Below are positions 1-13,234 of a DNA stretch of 64,000 nucleotides, in pieces. The stretch's first letter is position 1, and each line of letters begins with the position of its first letter. Source of the DNA: Geosiphon pyriformis uo1 (Eukaryota > Fungi > Glomeromycota); the NCBI GenBank assembly GCA_016748015.1, contig JAAOMT010000502.1:620001-684000 (forward strand), given 5' to 3'. Both the position numbers and the translations under genes were made by a program. The notes under the pieces were generated by a model. The model did no database searches and was not told where the DNA came from. It saw nothing but the letters and a program-made list of their open reading frames with translations.

Positions 1-1141
1 AAATGGTTTGTCTCATTTGGGGTCAAATTTTCCACTCTATTTTTTTTCTACTTTGATATAATATAAGAGTACTTTGTTTTTAATCCTGAATTCAACTGAT
101 TTATCTGATAACTGATTATTGTGTTGTTTTTTTTTGTTTTTTTTATGACTTTTAAATGTTATTAACTGTTCTTTATTTTTTGTTTTTTAAAGTTTCTATT
201 AAGTCATATGTTCTTCTTAGCAATGTTTCTCAAAAGTTGTCTTCTGTTATTAGTTCAGTTAGATATGTATTGACTTTTATCTCAACTGGTAATGTTGTTG
301 TTTTACTATAAACAAGTTCAAATGATGTTGCTTGTGTGATATCTTGCTTTATTGTTTAATAAGCAAATAGTACTGATGGTATAAACAAATTCCATTTATT
401 TTGGTTTTTTTGATTGATTTTGGCAATTGCTTTACACAATATTTTGTTGAACTATTTAATTAAACTATTTGTTTATGGATAATATAATAAGGATAATAGT
501 TTCTTAATTTCAAATCTTTGGCTTAATTCTGTTAATGTTCTGTTTACAAAGTGAGTTTTTTGATCTGATAACAATTTTTTTGGACATCCATGTTAGCAAA
601 TTAAATTTTGATGAACAAATTTGGCTATAGATTTTGCATCTGCTCTTTGAATTGCTTTTGCCTCTGGCCATTTTGTAAGATAGTCTATGGCTATTGCTAT
701 ATAATAATTGCCTTTACTGGTTATTGTTAATGGTCTGACTAAGTCAATTTTAATTTTATCAAATAGTTGTCTCATTTTAATGGGTTTTGTTCCTTCTCTT
801 TTTTGACAAGCATTACAATTTTGAATGTATTGAATAATGTCTGGATACATTAATGGCCAATAATATCTTCTTCTGGTTTTTTTCATGATTGCTTCTTTAT
901 AAAAATGTCTTGCTGTTAGATCCGAGTAAATATTATATAGTATTGTTTCTTTTTCTGGTTCTGTAATTACTCTGAGTAGTTAATTTGAATCTTTTCTGTT
1001 TTTCCGATATAGTATATTTTGGTGAGTGATAAAATATTTTAACTGTTGTTTTATATTGTTTTATTCCTTTTAAGATAATTTCTCCTTGAACTATTGGGTA
1101 TTAATATAATATTGAAATTGTAAATATTTTTGTGTATTTAT
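1..1141 (-). pseudogene. G1 integrase (HHCC zinc finger, rve core, GPF motif), many stops
   Basis: ORF 593-886 has YYWP..CNACQ and 'IDLVRPL..GNYYIAIAIDYLTKWPEA'; a decayed SGKFDPK-W-x-x-PF (GPF-type) motif lies at 1-40. Confidence 0.9.
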
Positions 1142-1171
1142 CTTTTGTTATATTTTTAAGTTAGAATGTTT

Positions 1172-2420
1172 TTAAATTTGTTTCATTTACAACAAACTAT
1201 TGCATTTCTATTTTTTTTCTTTTTATAATGTACTGTATATTTAAATAATAAAAGTTTTATTTTTTATTTGACATAGTGGTCATTTCCAAATTTTTGTTTC
1301 TGAATTAATGTCAATTTTTTGTGATTAGTATATACTTCAAACTTTTAGCTTAAATACTCTTTCTATTTGATAACTGCTTAATAGATCATTAAGTGTTCTA
1401 GTGCTGATGTTCCATGGTTTTTTTCTGCTGAATTCAAACTTTGGCTGGCATATACTATTAAATGTTTTTGTCCATCCAGTCTTTTCTAAAATAGTATGGC
1501 TTTCAATGTTTAACCAGATACATTGGTAGTAATAATAAATGGCTTACTGTAATCTGAATAGATCAGTACTGGGATTTAAATAAGTTTTCTTCTTAAAATA
1601 TTAAAAGCTTCTTGCTAAGTTTCAATCCATTTATATTTCACATTTTTGGCCTAAAGCTGATAGAATGGTTAAGCTAATTTGGAGAAGTTTTGGATAAAAT
1701 GACAATAGTATTCTGTAAATTCCAAGAATGCTTATAGTTCTGTTAAATTTGTTGGTATTAGAAAGTTCTTTATTATCTTGATTTTATCTGAATCTGTTTT
1801 GATGCCATTTTTACTTATAACATGTCCTAAGAATTTCAGTTCTGTTTTGCTAAAAAAGCATTTGGTAATATTTAACTTTAGTTCTGCTTGTCTTAGTCTT
1901 TCAAACATTTGCTGTAGATGATCATTAAATGTCTTTGAAAATACATTGGTGTTATCTAGATAAACAACTACTGATTTCTATAGTAGTTCCATATAAACAA
2001 TTTTCATAAGCCATTAGAAGGTGGCTGGTGTATTGATTAAACCAAATGGCATCACTTTAAATTCGAAATTCTCTTTTTTTATGGTAAATGTGGTTTTTTT
2101 TTTGTCTTCTGGTTTCATGGCTACTTGCCAGTAACTACTATTCAAATCTAATGTTGAGAACTATTTTTTTTTTAAAATCATCAAATAGTTTTTGCATCTG
2201 TAGAGTCAGATAGCTGTCTCTATAAGTAACACTATTGAGTTTTTTATAATCTACACAAAAGTGGATTTTTCTATTCTTTTTACAAACTAGTATCACTGGT
2301 AATAATCATGGACTCATTAATAATTGAATTAACTCATTATTCAACATTCTATTAATTTCTTGTCAGATTATCTCATGGCTGGCTGGTGGTACTTAGTATG
2401 TTTATTGTTTGATTGGCATA
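1172..2420 (-). pseudogene. G1 reverse transcriptase-RNase H, decayed
   Basis: Minus-strand FCVDY (~2245-2262), MPFGL..TPATF (~2015-2055), VVYLDNT (~1950-1970), KFLGHV (~1820-1836). Confidence 0.9.
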
Positions 2421-2989
2421 ATATCTTCAGTCTTGATTTGATGTTGAATAATATTAGTTCTGCCAAATTCATTTTCACTGACAAAGATATTAGTAAAATT
2501 GTTAAGCAATATCTTGAGCTATATTTGTTGAAGCAGATCTAAGTTTTCTAAGTTTATTTGTTCTAATTGTTTTGGTTAAAACAAATAACATTTCTCTTAT
2601 CTGTATATGATTTGTAATATAATATCTACATATTTGCATAATTGTGGAAAATCTGGAATGGTGTTTGGTGGTTGCTCTTCAATTTTAGTGTTTAAGTATT
2701 CAATAGTAGTTTTATTTAGTATTTTAATAATGTCTTCAGTTGTGTTATAGATAAAAATTTTGATGTGTTTATGGTTCTTGGCTGGTATGTAAAGATTGGT
2801 AATTCCAATCTTTTCTAATTTACAAATTGTAACTTCTATCTCAAAAATCTGAGTCTGATCCTTTACTTTTTTCTCTATATTTAGTATATACTAGTCATAT
2901 GGTAAAATGAAAATTGATTGACAGTTAGAGATAATTTCTTCTTTGTCAATAACTTTTTCCTCTGTCATATTGACTAATATATCTATTCT

Positions 2990-3400
2990 ACCTATTGATT
3001 TGAATCCATTTTTTTCTTTGGCTGTGATCTCTAATTTTTTTTTATTTCTTACTAATACTAACTAAGCTATTTTAATCAGATGTAGGAATATTGTTTGTGC
3101 TATTTTTTTATTTGGTTTAATGATATATGGTTTTTTTGAATTATTTTGTAGCATTGTAATAATATTTTCTACATATTCTGCATTAATTATTTCTCTTCTG
3201 ATGTTGATTTTCTTTTTTGCTAAACTAGATCTAAATGTTAATTGTATCATTGTTGTTGCCAAAATTTCTAATGCTACTTTCAAATCAATATAAGTGCATA
3301 TATTGGGCTCCAATGTTATGGCATATTTTTCTGGATATTTCAGATCAAATTCTGTATCAGTATCATGCATGCATTTTAGCATGATATTTTTATTATTATT
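2990..3400 (-). pseudogene. G1 dUTPase domain
   Basis: ORF 3062-3382: FDL (motif 1), RSSLAKK (motif 2), IINAEYVENI (decayed GIIDAGYxG, motif 3), KIAQ (motif 4); GFKS-like motif 5 near 3000. Confidence 0.88.
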
Positions 3401-4559
3401 ACTGAACCATTTAAGTTTCTGCTCCTTAGAAAAATCAAAAAGTACAATATATTGCTCTGAGTTTTTGAAGTTTAAATTGTTATTAGTTGAGTTGTTATAT
3501 TAAACAGAGTTGAAACCATTATTGTTATTATTGTTGAAGTTTGAATTAGGGTTGAACTTCAATTTCAATTCTGTTGCATACTTGCTAATTGGCTTTTTCT
3601 CTTTGGAAATTAAGTAGATCATTCATGATAGTAGATTGTAAATGAGATTACACTTATTACAATACTTGAAATCACATAATATTAAACAATAGTCACATAA
3701 TTAGGTGTTTAACTCTTTTAACCATTGCTCTTGCTCTTTTTTAGTGAGTGCTAATTCTTGGTAGTGCTCATAAAATTGTTCTGGATCCATCACATTAAGA
3801 ATAATATTGGGGTTTGAAATCCAAATAATCTTTTTAAATTCTGGTGGATTGTTTTTGATTGTTTTTATTTTTTCTGGTATTGTGTCTTCAATTTTTGCAA
3901 TTGCCATTTTCCAGATTTTATCATTGTTATGTGAACAACCATCCAAGTATTTTACAGCTTTTCTCCAGACAATATCTATTAGTGTTTCTTTCCTTATCTA
4001 ATTACTTATAAGAATTATGTACTGACACAATTTATTGTATATTTCTCCATAACCAGAAATGTTGTTCCATATTTCTTCATTTAAAAAAGTTTCTTCATAA
4101 GCAAAATATGATTTATTGTCCTATTTTCTTTGTTTTTTTGGTTGTTTAAAACATTTAAGGATGCATGGGCAACAGTAATATTTTGTTGCCATGAGCCATA
4201 CTTTATTATTACTATAATATGCACCTATTAATGACAATTTTTTGCCATAATTGACACATACTAGTTTAAGTTAACAGTAGTTTAAGTTAAAGCAATTAGT
4301 AGTATTTGGAGTATAAGTGAAGGTTGTTATTTGGAGTTTGTCTTTTTCTCTTTCTTTTTCTTTTTCTTTTTCTTTTTCTTTTTATGTAAGTACCAGTAGT
4401 AAGTTGTTATGATTATTGTCAGTTCAGAAGACTTAATAAGCTTCTCAAATAAGTTTTTTCTCTTCTTTTTCCTCAAATTTAATAAATAGTACTGGTATGG
4501 TGTTGGGTTTGAAATGACTGCAAGTGGCTGGTACTCAAATATGCTAACTATTTTGACTA

Positions 4560-4900
4560 AGTTGCAATTTTTAAATAATTTAGTCGAATATAGTGTTGGT
4601 CTTAAACAGCCAGTTGTTACCAACTAAAGCTTGGTATTGAATAGCTTTTATGATGAGAACTTTTATGAATACAATAATGCTATTAACTTCAAATGAAAAG
4701 TTATCAATATTGCCAATAGACATTTTTGTTATTCTATTGGCTGTAATAATTCTGGTACTGGCAGTACAATCAACTTAACAACTTAATTGGTTCATAAATT
4801 GTTATGTAATGATGCTGTTAATTGATTTACTGTTCAGAATCAGTTTGATGAACTGATTATTAACTGTGGCATTAGTATACATTGCTGTGATGAGTTTTGA
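4560..4900 (-). pseudogene. G1 aspartic protease (retropepsin)
   Basis: ITAMYTNATVNNQFIKLILNS (decayed LILDSG active site) in ORF 4802-4999. Confidence 0.82.
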
Positions 4901-6121
4901 TTTTAAGATGGCTCCATTAAATAAAGGTGTGAAGACTAGTTCTTTAATTTTGAAAGAAAATATTACAGTAAGCAATTTGTCTTTTATAATAACAGCCAAT
5001 AAGATGTTACAAGTAGATATAGTTTGGTTTTTGATAAATTAGGTGTAATTGTTTCTGGGGCTACCAAAAAACTTAAATAGTATTGAGAATTTGGGTTTTG
5101 GATGTAGTTAGTTCTGAAATTTTGTTGTTAAAATCCAGTTTGCTGGGCAGTTGAACTGGAGATTGGTTGGTGTATTACTATTGCCAATTACCAATTCTAA
5201 TGAATTTAAGTAGTTCTTGGTCTTTGGTTTCTAGATAACATTTGAGCTGAGTTTTGTGGTGATGTTAGGATAAATTGAAATTGAAAAATTGCTTGTGGCT
5301 GCAATTGATAAATAACTGGAACTGAAGTTTGATAGATTGGAGGTTGATAAATTGGCTGTGTCACTTGAGTATAATGTGTTTGATGTTGAAATTGTTTAAG
5401 TAATTGATTACTGACATAATTTTGGATTTAAATTGGTAATTGGAGTTTTAATATATATTTCCTAATTGTTAATTGCTTAACTATTTGTGACATTCAAATT
5501 GCAAATGTTTTTGTTTATCACAATAGTAACAATTATACATCTTTTGTTGCCACTGTTGATTGATTAATAATAATAGATGTAGTTGATTTTGAAGACTATT
5601 CAAGTTTTCTGGATTATTGCAGCATTGTGATGATTGATAAATTGCCTAATTGTTAATTAAGTATCCCTTTAATTTTTGATTAATAAAATCACTAAATTGT
5701 TTCAACTTGGAATCCAATTCAAATGATTCATTTATTACTAGATTAATAACTTGGACATGATTAGCTTCTAGCTTAGCTAATTCGAAATCTCAGGCATTGG
5801 TAACTGTGTCTTAAAGAGTTTGTGAGTGTATTAGACATATGTGCTAAAGGATATTACTGTGTAGTCTATAGATAAATTAGTTTAAAATCTGTGGTACTGT
5901 AAAGTAATTTGTGTTAATCACTTGTATTTGGCACAGATTTCTAAGAAAGTGTCCTAAGTATGTGGTAACTGTTTTAGTATCTTTTTGTTTAATAGTTGTA
6001 AATGTATTGGCTAAGCAATTAATGTTATTATTGTTACTGAAATAGCTTAAAAATTCTAGTTTAAATACATTAAAGTCTTGGGGTTTCTGAATTAGGCTTT
6101 GATACCATAAGTTGGTAGTAT

Positions 6122-6885
6122 TATTACAGTTGAAACTTATACTTCTTATTAATTATTAGATGTATTAGTCACTGATGTTATATAAATTAACCACCTTATT
6201 TTTAGAAAGTAATCATTGATCTGATCAATGACCTAATCATTGACCTAATTATTAACTTGATCATTAACCTGATCAATGATCTGATCATTGACCTGATCAT
6301 TGACCTGATTATTGATCTGATCATTGATCTGATTATTGACCTGATTATTAACCATTTTTGATAGCTATATAAGCAATAAATCTCTTAGCTGTAGAAAAAC
6401 ATGTAGAAATTAAGGAAATCAAATAAATAAAATAACAACTTTTATCTCAATTTTTCTCTTATTGCTAATTTTCCTTTCCCTACCTTCAAGTATCTGAACA
6501 TTTTGAGATAAAAAAATTACTTGTTGGTTATTTTTTACTCTTTTCCTGAAACATGTAATTGCAGCATTTGAAGACTATTGAATAAAATGTGACTAAAGAG
6601 TATATCTGATATTTGATATTGAATTTTAAGAGTGCTAACATGAGGCATAGAATTATACCAGTATGTGATCATTTGTTGACAGTATGGACTATCTCTCTAC
6701 CTTCAAATTCTTCAGTTATCTTTGAAAAGTATAGCAACTGAAATATTTTATAAGACTGATCTTACATATTGAATCCATACTCATTCAATTCGCTCTTGGA
6801 AGTTGAATTCTCTTTGATTATTTCCATTACCCTACAATTCTGTTCTCTCTTGCTATCCATTAGCTTGTTACTCCAACTCATAACA
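6122..6885 (+). repeat. G2 5' LTR with 12 x 12-bp array (6210-6353) and TATA box (~6366)
   Basis: Direct repeat of 13204-13941; TATTAC...TAACA ends. Confidence 0.95.
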
Positions 6886-6937
6886 TAAAAGTAGTGCTCC
6901 CTGTAAGGTTGTTAAATTCCACTTTGTTTTCTATTGT

Positions 6938-9900
6938 ATGAGTAATTATTCATACTTGCCACAACAATCAGAAGAACACTTTGAAGCACACAACAAAAAT
7001 GATCTAGACTTTATTGAACTCAATCCTTTGTCTTTTTGCTTGATTTGCTTTCTCATTGAAAAACAATCCAGCAGACAATTTCAAGACTTTTGGAACTGGT
7101 TCTTGAACAAGCATTTAGCTGAAACCTATACAGCTTATACAACTTATTACTTTGACCAAACTTATTCTGAAGACAACTTTGAAAAAAGAAACAACAGTAT
7201 TAATCAGCTTTTATATTCTACAACCTTTAAACAACAGCTCTTTGATTTCGAATATTTGAATCATCAAATCCACATTTGGATTGCTGCCCATCAATCAACT
7301 GAAACTCCTCTTGAAACAGAAGAAAAAAGCTATTAAACTGCTTCTGTTTTTGATTTTTTTTCAAGTGAATCAGAACACTCCATACAAACAGTTACACTTA
7401 AACCAATGGCTCAAGACTCTCTGCAACAAAACATTCTGATTACCCTCCAAGATATACAGACTGCTTTAGGGTAAAGAAACAACATCTCATTACTATTATT
7501 TAAAGGTAATGTCCAAGATTCAATTAAATAGCTGGACAATTTTAAGAGAGCTGTTACAGCAAACTAATATGATAATGAATACAAGTTCCAAATCATTGGT
7601 GGCTACCTCCAAAACTCTCTTGTTACTTGGTTTTCACAAAAAACCAATGCCAATGCTCAGCAAAAAATCATTAGATGAACACCAGCAAATGCTGGAGAAG
7701 ATAATACCTCTTTCACTATCTGATTTGAAACAAAATTTAGAACTCCTATCTTGATATCCAAATGGTGCATGGAGTTGGAAAGAAGAATCCAAAATCCAGA
7801 AAAAATAGTAACTGAATACGCTAAAGCCATTAGAAAACTAATTAAGCATGTAGACTTTGATAAAAATTAGACAGAAAAGCAAAAGATTCATTCCTTCACA
7901 AAAGGATTGAGAACTAATCTTTTATATGCTCTTTGGCCTCTCCTGGCCTTGAAAGATAATCCCACAATAGATATGGCCATTGAACTTGTCCAAAGAATAA
8001 AAGACAACCAAAGAATGCATCTAGAATCTACTTTTTCAGTTTTTGCTTCTGCTTCTGTTATGGCTCCAGCTTTACAAATGGCTGTTATCTCTTTTGCCAC
8101 TTACACTTAAGACTCCAATGAAAAATTAATAGACAGACTTACTGCTAACCTTGTTTGGCTATTAAAACTATTAGCCCAAGCAGTTAGAGACAACTAGCAA
8201 CCCCATAATCTAGATTTGAACTCTGCTTTAATTAGTCTCAACAACCACCATATCAAAGACAACAAAATTGTGGCCCACCTGTATGCTATCATTGTAGATT
8301 AACTGGACACTTTTCCAAAGACTGCAACAATCTTTCATTGCCCCCTCCAGCTCCTAGAAATAATGACATCCAGAATAACAGACTTAACAATAATAATGTT
8401 CTCAATCAAAGACCCAATCATGCCAACATCAATTTCTTTGGAGAGGATTCCCTAGTTAAAGCCACTGTTTATTAGCCTTTAAACTGGTAGACATACCTCC
8501 AAAGTGTAAGAGTGCAAGCCAACCAGAATAAAACTCCTTTTATGCTTTTAACCTAACTGATAATGATCATAATATAGATAAACTGGCAATCAACACCTCT
8601 GACTTAACAAGAAAGAAGAAGAAAGCCAAGATTAATTTCGTTCTAAATTCCAACAAAGCCTCAACTTCTACTGCTGACAACAATGAGCCATCAAAGACTA
8701 AAGTTTTTAAAATTTCTCCAAAATTAGAATTCCCAGAAATTGTACAAAAATCTGGACCCTATTCTGTTGTTAAAGATTTCATAGAAACTTCAGCACATAT
8801 TACATTTGACCAACTAATGACCCATCCACAGTTCAGAAAAGATCTTTGCAAATTCTTAATACCAAAGAAGAAGACATCAAAAACCAACAAACACTCTTGT
8901 TAAGCTGAACTTGCTGACAACAGCAATGTTACTCCTCTGATTTGTAAAGCCCAAGTGGCTGGCTACTTCATTAATTTAATTCTAGACAGTAAATTATTTG
9001 TTAGTGTAATTGCCAAACACTTTCTGGAAGCCATTGGAAAAAAGATTGATGAACCTTTCACCTGGTCTATGACTAATATATATGGTGACAAAAAAAAAGG
9101 TCTGGGTATAGCCAAAGCTGTTTCTGTTCACATCAATAATATCAGCATTGAAACAGACATGGAAGTATCTGAAGCAAAAGAGTATACTATTATTGTTGGT
9201 AATAAGTGGCTTAAGAAAGCCAAAGCACTACTTGACTATGAACTGTGTGAGCTAACTATCAGATGTGGTGAAAAACCCATTGTGGTTAAATGCTGTTATT
9301 GAACAACTTCTCCAGCAACTAAACAAAACCAAAAAGAAAAACAATCAGATAAATCAGATAATGATAAAAGCGATAATAAAGATTAAGAAGAACCAAAAAA
9401 AACTGTTGAACTTATCTATATTATTTTCACCAGCAATGGCAAGCCACTGGACAATATTAAAGCTGACAAAAAAAAATCATAGTAAATGGCAAGCTAATCT
9501 GCTGGTCCTACTATGATATCCCCAAAAAAACTTTTGACAAAAAACCTGGCAAGAAAGCCAAATACAGTTATTGGTGGCATGGTCTTTGTATATGGTGCTA
9601 GTATAATAAACCTTTGTATTTACCAAGTGATGAATACAAATCCTGCCTAATCTACTACAAAGATTGGGAACCAATTAGCTTGATACCTCGAGAAGAACTT
9701 AAAAAAGTACAAAAGTCCTTTAAGAATGAACCACCTAAAATTCAATTACTAGTTGTAGAACAATAAGAACATTTCCCTAAAGAAAAAAAAGTGGATATTG
9801 AAAATCTGTTGGCCAAAAATAGCCCAGTTATCTCAAAAGAAGGTGATACTCCTGGATGAATCCATGTAATACAATACACTATTACCACAAAAAAAACTCA

Positions 9901-11167
9901 TCTCATCCATTTGAAGCCTTATCAATCCAACTGATGTAATAATGAGTTTATCAAAAAAAAGATAAATAGGATGAAAAATCTTGAATTCATACAAGAAACC
10001 AAGAATGAATGGGCTTTTCCAGTTGTAGTAGTATCTAAGAAAAGTGGAACTCTACGCTTCTGTGTTGACTACTGCCAACTAAATACCATCACTATAAGAG
10101 ATATGTACCTACTTCCCAAAATTGATGCAATGCTAGATAAATTTAATGGTGCTGCTTTCTTCTTAACTATTGACTTAACTGCTGGATTTTGGCAAGTAGA
10201 GATGGATTCAAAAAGTAGAAAGAAAACTGCCTTCATTACCAAGTATGGCACTTATAAATTCACAATTATGCCTTTTGGTCTCATCAATGCTCCTTCCATC
10301 TTTCAATGTCTAATGGATAAAGTGTTTAAATCAGTGAAAGAAAACTTTGTTCTGGTTTACTTGGATGACATAATGGTATATTCAAAAACCTGGAATGAAC
10401 ATCTTGAACATTTACAGAAGGTTTTTGACCTGCTCAGAAACGCTGACCTTAAAATTAACTCAATTAAATCTTTTTTTGGATGCCAATCCACCTAGTTCTT
10501 TGGTTATTTTATTACAAAAGATAGAATCTTCCTTGACCCAGCTAAAATTGAAAAAGTTCAAAACATTAGACAACCAATAAATGTTTCTAAACTCCGCTTT
10601 TTCCTTGGTTTGGCCTCTTATTATTACAAATTTATCAAGAATTTTTCCAAAATTGCCTTTTCTCTCAATCAGCTACTCAAAAAAAATGTCAATTATTACT
10701 GAGGCACTCATCAACAAAAAGCTTTTGAAATTCTAAAGGAAAAACTTGTTATTAAACTAATTCTCAAACAACCTGATTTGAACCAATCTTTTATCCTTCA
10801 TACTGATACATCTGGCTATAGACTTGTTGCTGTTTTTTCACAGAAAAATAAAAATGGCAGAGAACATGCCATAGCATATGCCAATAAAATCCTTACACCA
10901 GCAGAAAAAAACTATTCAGTTACTGAACAAGAATGTTTAGCAGTAATTTAGACTACTAGTTACAGGAATCAATATCTCCTTGGTGCAAAATTTTTAGTGG
11001 TAACAGATCATCAAGTCTTGGTTTGGCTGCACAATAAAAAGAAGCTGGAACATAAATGAATAACTCACTGAATACTCCACTTGGATGAATTCGACTATAA
11101 TATTTAATACTACAAAAGAGCAAATCATCAAAACACCAATGCTCTCTTTAAACTTATTATTCAGTGA
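6938..11167 (+). pseudogene. G2 Gag-PR-RT-RNase H polyprotein, decayed
   Basis: CYHCRLTGHFSKDC knuckle (~8284-8325), LILDS protease (ORF 8955), RT LRFCVDY / MPFGLINAP / VYLDD (ORF 9971-10495), RNase H ending NTNALFKLIIQ then TGA TAG at 11165-11170. Confidence 0.93.
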
Positions 11168-11225
11168 TAGTACAATCTCTTAAACCAAACCAACTTAATT
11201 ATTAGTAACTCCTTTACAAACAAAC

Positions 11226-12540
11226 ATGATAATGGACTTGGACAACTATTCTGCCTTAATGAAATTTTTGGATAAAGAACAATATTCACTAGAATACATT
11301 TGACAGCAAAAAAAACATTTGTGCAAACAATCAAATTTCTATTTGATTCACCAGAACCAGCTATATAAAAGAAATAGAATAGATCCTGACTGCTCCCAAA
11401 AAGTCATCAGATTTGAAGAAAAAGAAATTGTAATATACAACATGCAAACTAACCCATTAGCTAGACACTTTGGAAAAACAAAAAAAATTCAGAAAACTTT
11501 AGCTCACTATTATTGGTCTACCTTGGGAAAAGACATTGCTAAATACATCAAAACCTGTAACATCTGTTAAAAAAGAGACAAACCCAATCGCAAAGAAGAT
11601 ATCCATCTAATTTTTGTTGGTCAACTATTTAACAAAATTGGTATAGATGTTGTTGGATCTTTAATAATAACTCCTGATGGCAACAGATATATTATCACAG
11701 CTACTGATTATTTTATAAAATGGGTAGAAACAAGAGCCATTTCTAACCAAACAGCAGTTTCAATAGCCAATTTTATTTATGAAGATATTATCTGCTGTTA
11801 TGGCTGCCTCAAAGAACTTTTATCTGATAGAAGAAGAGCTTTTCTCAGTACACTGATTAAAGAACTTTGCAGAAAAATGGGAATATGTCACAAACTTTTT
11901 TCTTCTTATCATCCTTAAACAAATGGTCTAGTAGAACATTTCAATAGAACATTATGTGAAACTCTAGCCAAAACCAGTGAAGAAACAAACTTATGAGACA
12001 AAGTACTGCCTTCAGCTTTGTTTGTTTATAGAACTGTGAATCATGACATAACAAGTTATAAACCTTTTTATCTGCTCTATGGATGCATGGCAACAGAAAC
12101 TGACATTAAAACAATACTTTTTAAAGAGATCACAATAGGAAATTACAAAAACATTTTGCAAAGAAAGCTTGGTACCATTCTTGACTCTTTGGTAGAAGCA
12201 CAAATAATTACTTTTGAAAAGATAAAACAGTTCCAAGAAAAGCTTAAAAGAAAAAAAACTTATAAAACACTTTTTTTAAGTATTGGTGACTTGGTATTGG
12301 AATACTGGTTAGACAGAGACAATGTTTATGATGATAAATTCTCTAGTCAGTGGAAAAAACCCTTTATAGTCAACAAAGTTTTGAACAATGATTCTTATAT
12401 TCTTTAAGATCAATCCAGAACAATCTTCAATGATCATTCTGTTCATAGTACACAACTCAAGAAATATCATAAACGACCTGATTGGTTGTCTGTTGTGGTA
12501 ATATTGACTCAAACAATCAGCAAAAATCAAGTATAAATAA
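11226..12540 (+). pseudogene. G2 integrase in its own ORF
   Basis: ATG 11226 (MIMDLDNY..), HHCC (ORF 11319-11570), IGIDVVG..ATDYFIKWVE core, NGLVE motif, W-x-x-PF tail; no chromodomain. Confidence 0.9.
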
Positions 12541-12577
12541 ATGCATCATTTCCAAAACAGAGGTATCTTTAATTGAC

Positions 12578-13234
12578 ATGAACAATTATTTTCTGAATCA
12601 AAACATTCAAAACATCTTCTATACTCTCCATGCATATTGGATCAAAAACTATCCAAATGCTACTCTGACTATTGGAAAACAAACCACCATAACTAATAAC
12701 AGTAGAACACATACTGTTATTAAACCAAAGAAAACTACTACCAGAAGAGAAAAAATTGATAGTAAAATAGATAAATATCTGTTGAAAAGTATAACAGCAG
12801 CTATACTCCTACCTTCCAACACAATTGGAAAAACACTCTAAGAAATCTTATTCATAGACAAAAACTTGTCATATGGAAGACAATTAGAACTCTATAATTG
12901 TCTTGGTAAAATCATAGAAGATATGAAACTTATAAAGAAAACAACTTCAGAGATACAAACAGAAATTTTGGGCATTATATGGTCAGATGTCCCAAGAGTT
13001 TTAACTATTGCTAGAAGAGCCAAAACTCTAATACGAAGATTTGGTCTTTTGAATACAAAACTCATTTCACCTTAAGTATTATATACCTTATCCACAAAAG
13101 ACTTCAACAAACTAATTAGCTTTAAGTTAGATAAAACCCTTCAAACAGATTACATCATAAATAGCTTGATTTCACCAGAGCTCAATTTCTTTGGAGAGGA
13201 TGATATTATAGTTGAAACTTATACTTCCTATTAA
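12578..13234 (+). pseudogene. G2 ORF-X, unknown protein (~218 aa) downstream of integrase
   Basis: A single frame joins ORFs 12482-12841 and 12866-13075 with two in-frame stops and ends inside the 3' LTR; homologous to G3 ORF-X. Confidence 0.75.

Noticed and set aside
3062-3382. dUTPase as a host or horizontally acquired bacterial gene, or as a defence against the C>T hypermutation
   Set aside because: It is embedded in the gypsy polyprotein in two elements; dUTPase limits dUTP incorporation and would not prevent cytosine deamination in DNA.
4327-4623. ORF with a poly-lysine tract
   Set aside because: Frameshifted reading of an A-rich linker in the decayed G1 polyprotein.
6210-6353. 12-bp tandem array as a CRISPR-like array
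   Set aside because: Contiguous units with no unique spacers, inside LTRs, eukaryotic context, no cas genes.
6886-6905. Assigning a specific primer tRNA to the PBS sequences
   Set aside because: The PBSs are mutated (TAGTGCTCCC, TGGTGCTTTT, TAGGGCTCTC); Thr, Ile or Pro cannot be distinguished without the host tRNA set.
12578-13234. ORF-X as a retroviral-type env gene
   Set aside because: Short, and no signal peptide, furin site or transmembrane helix is visible.
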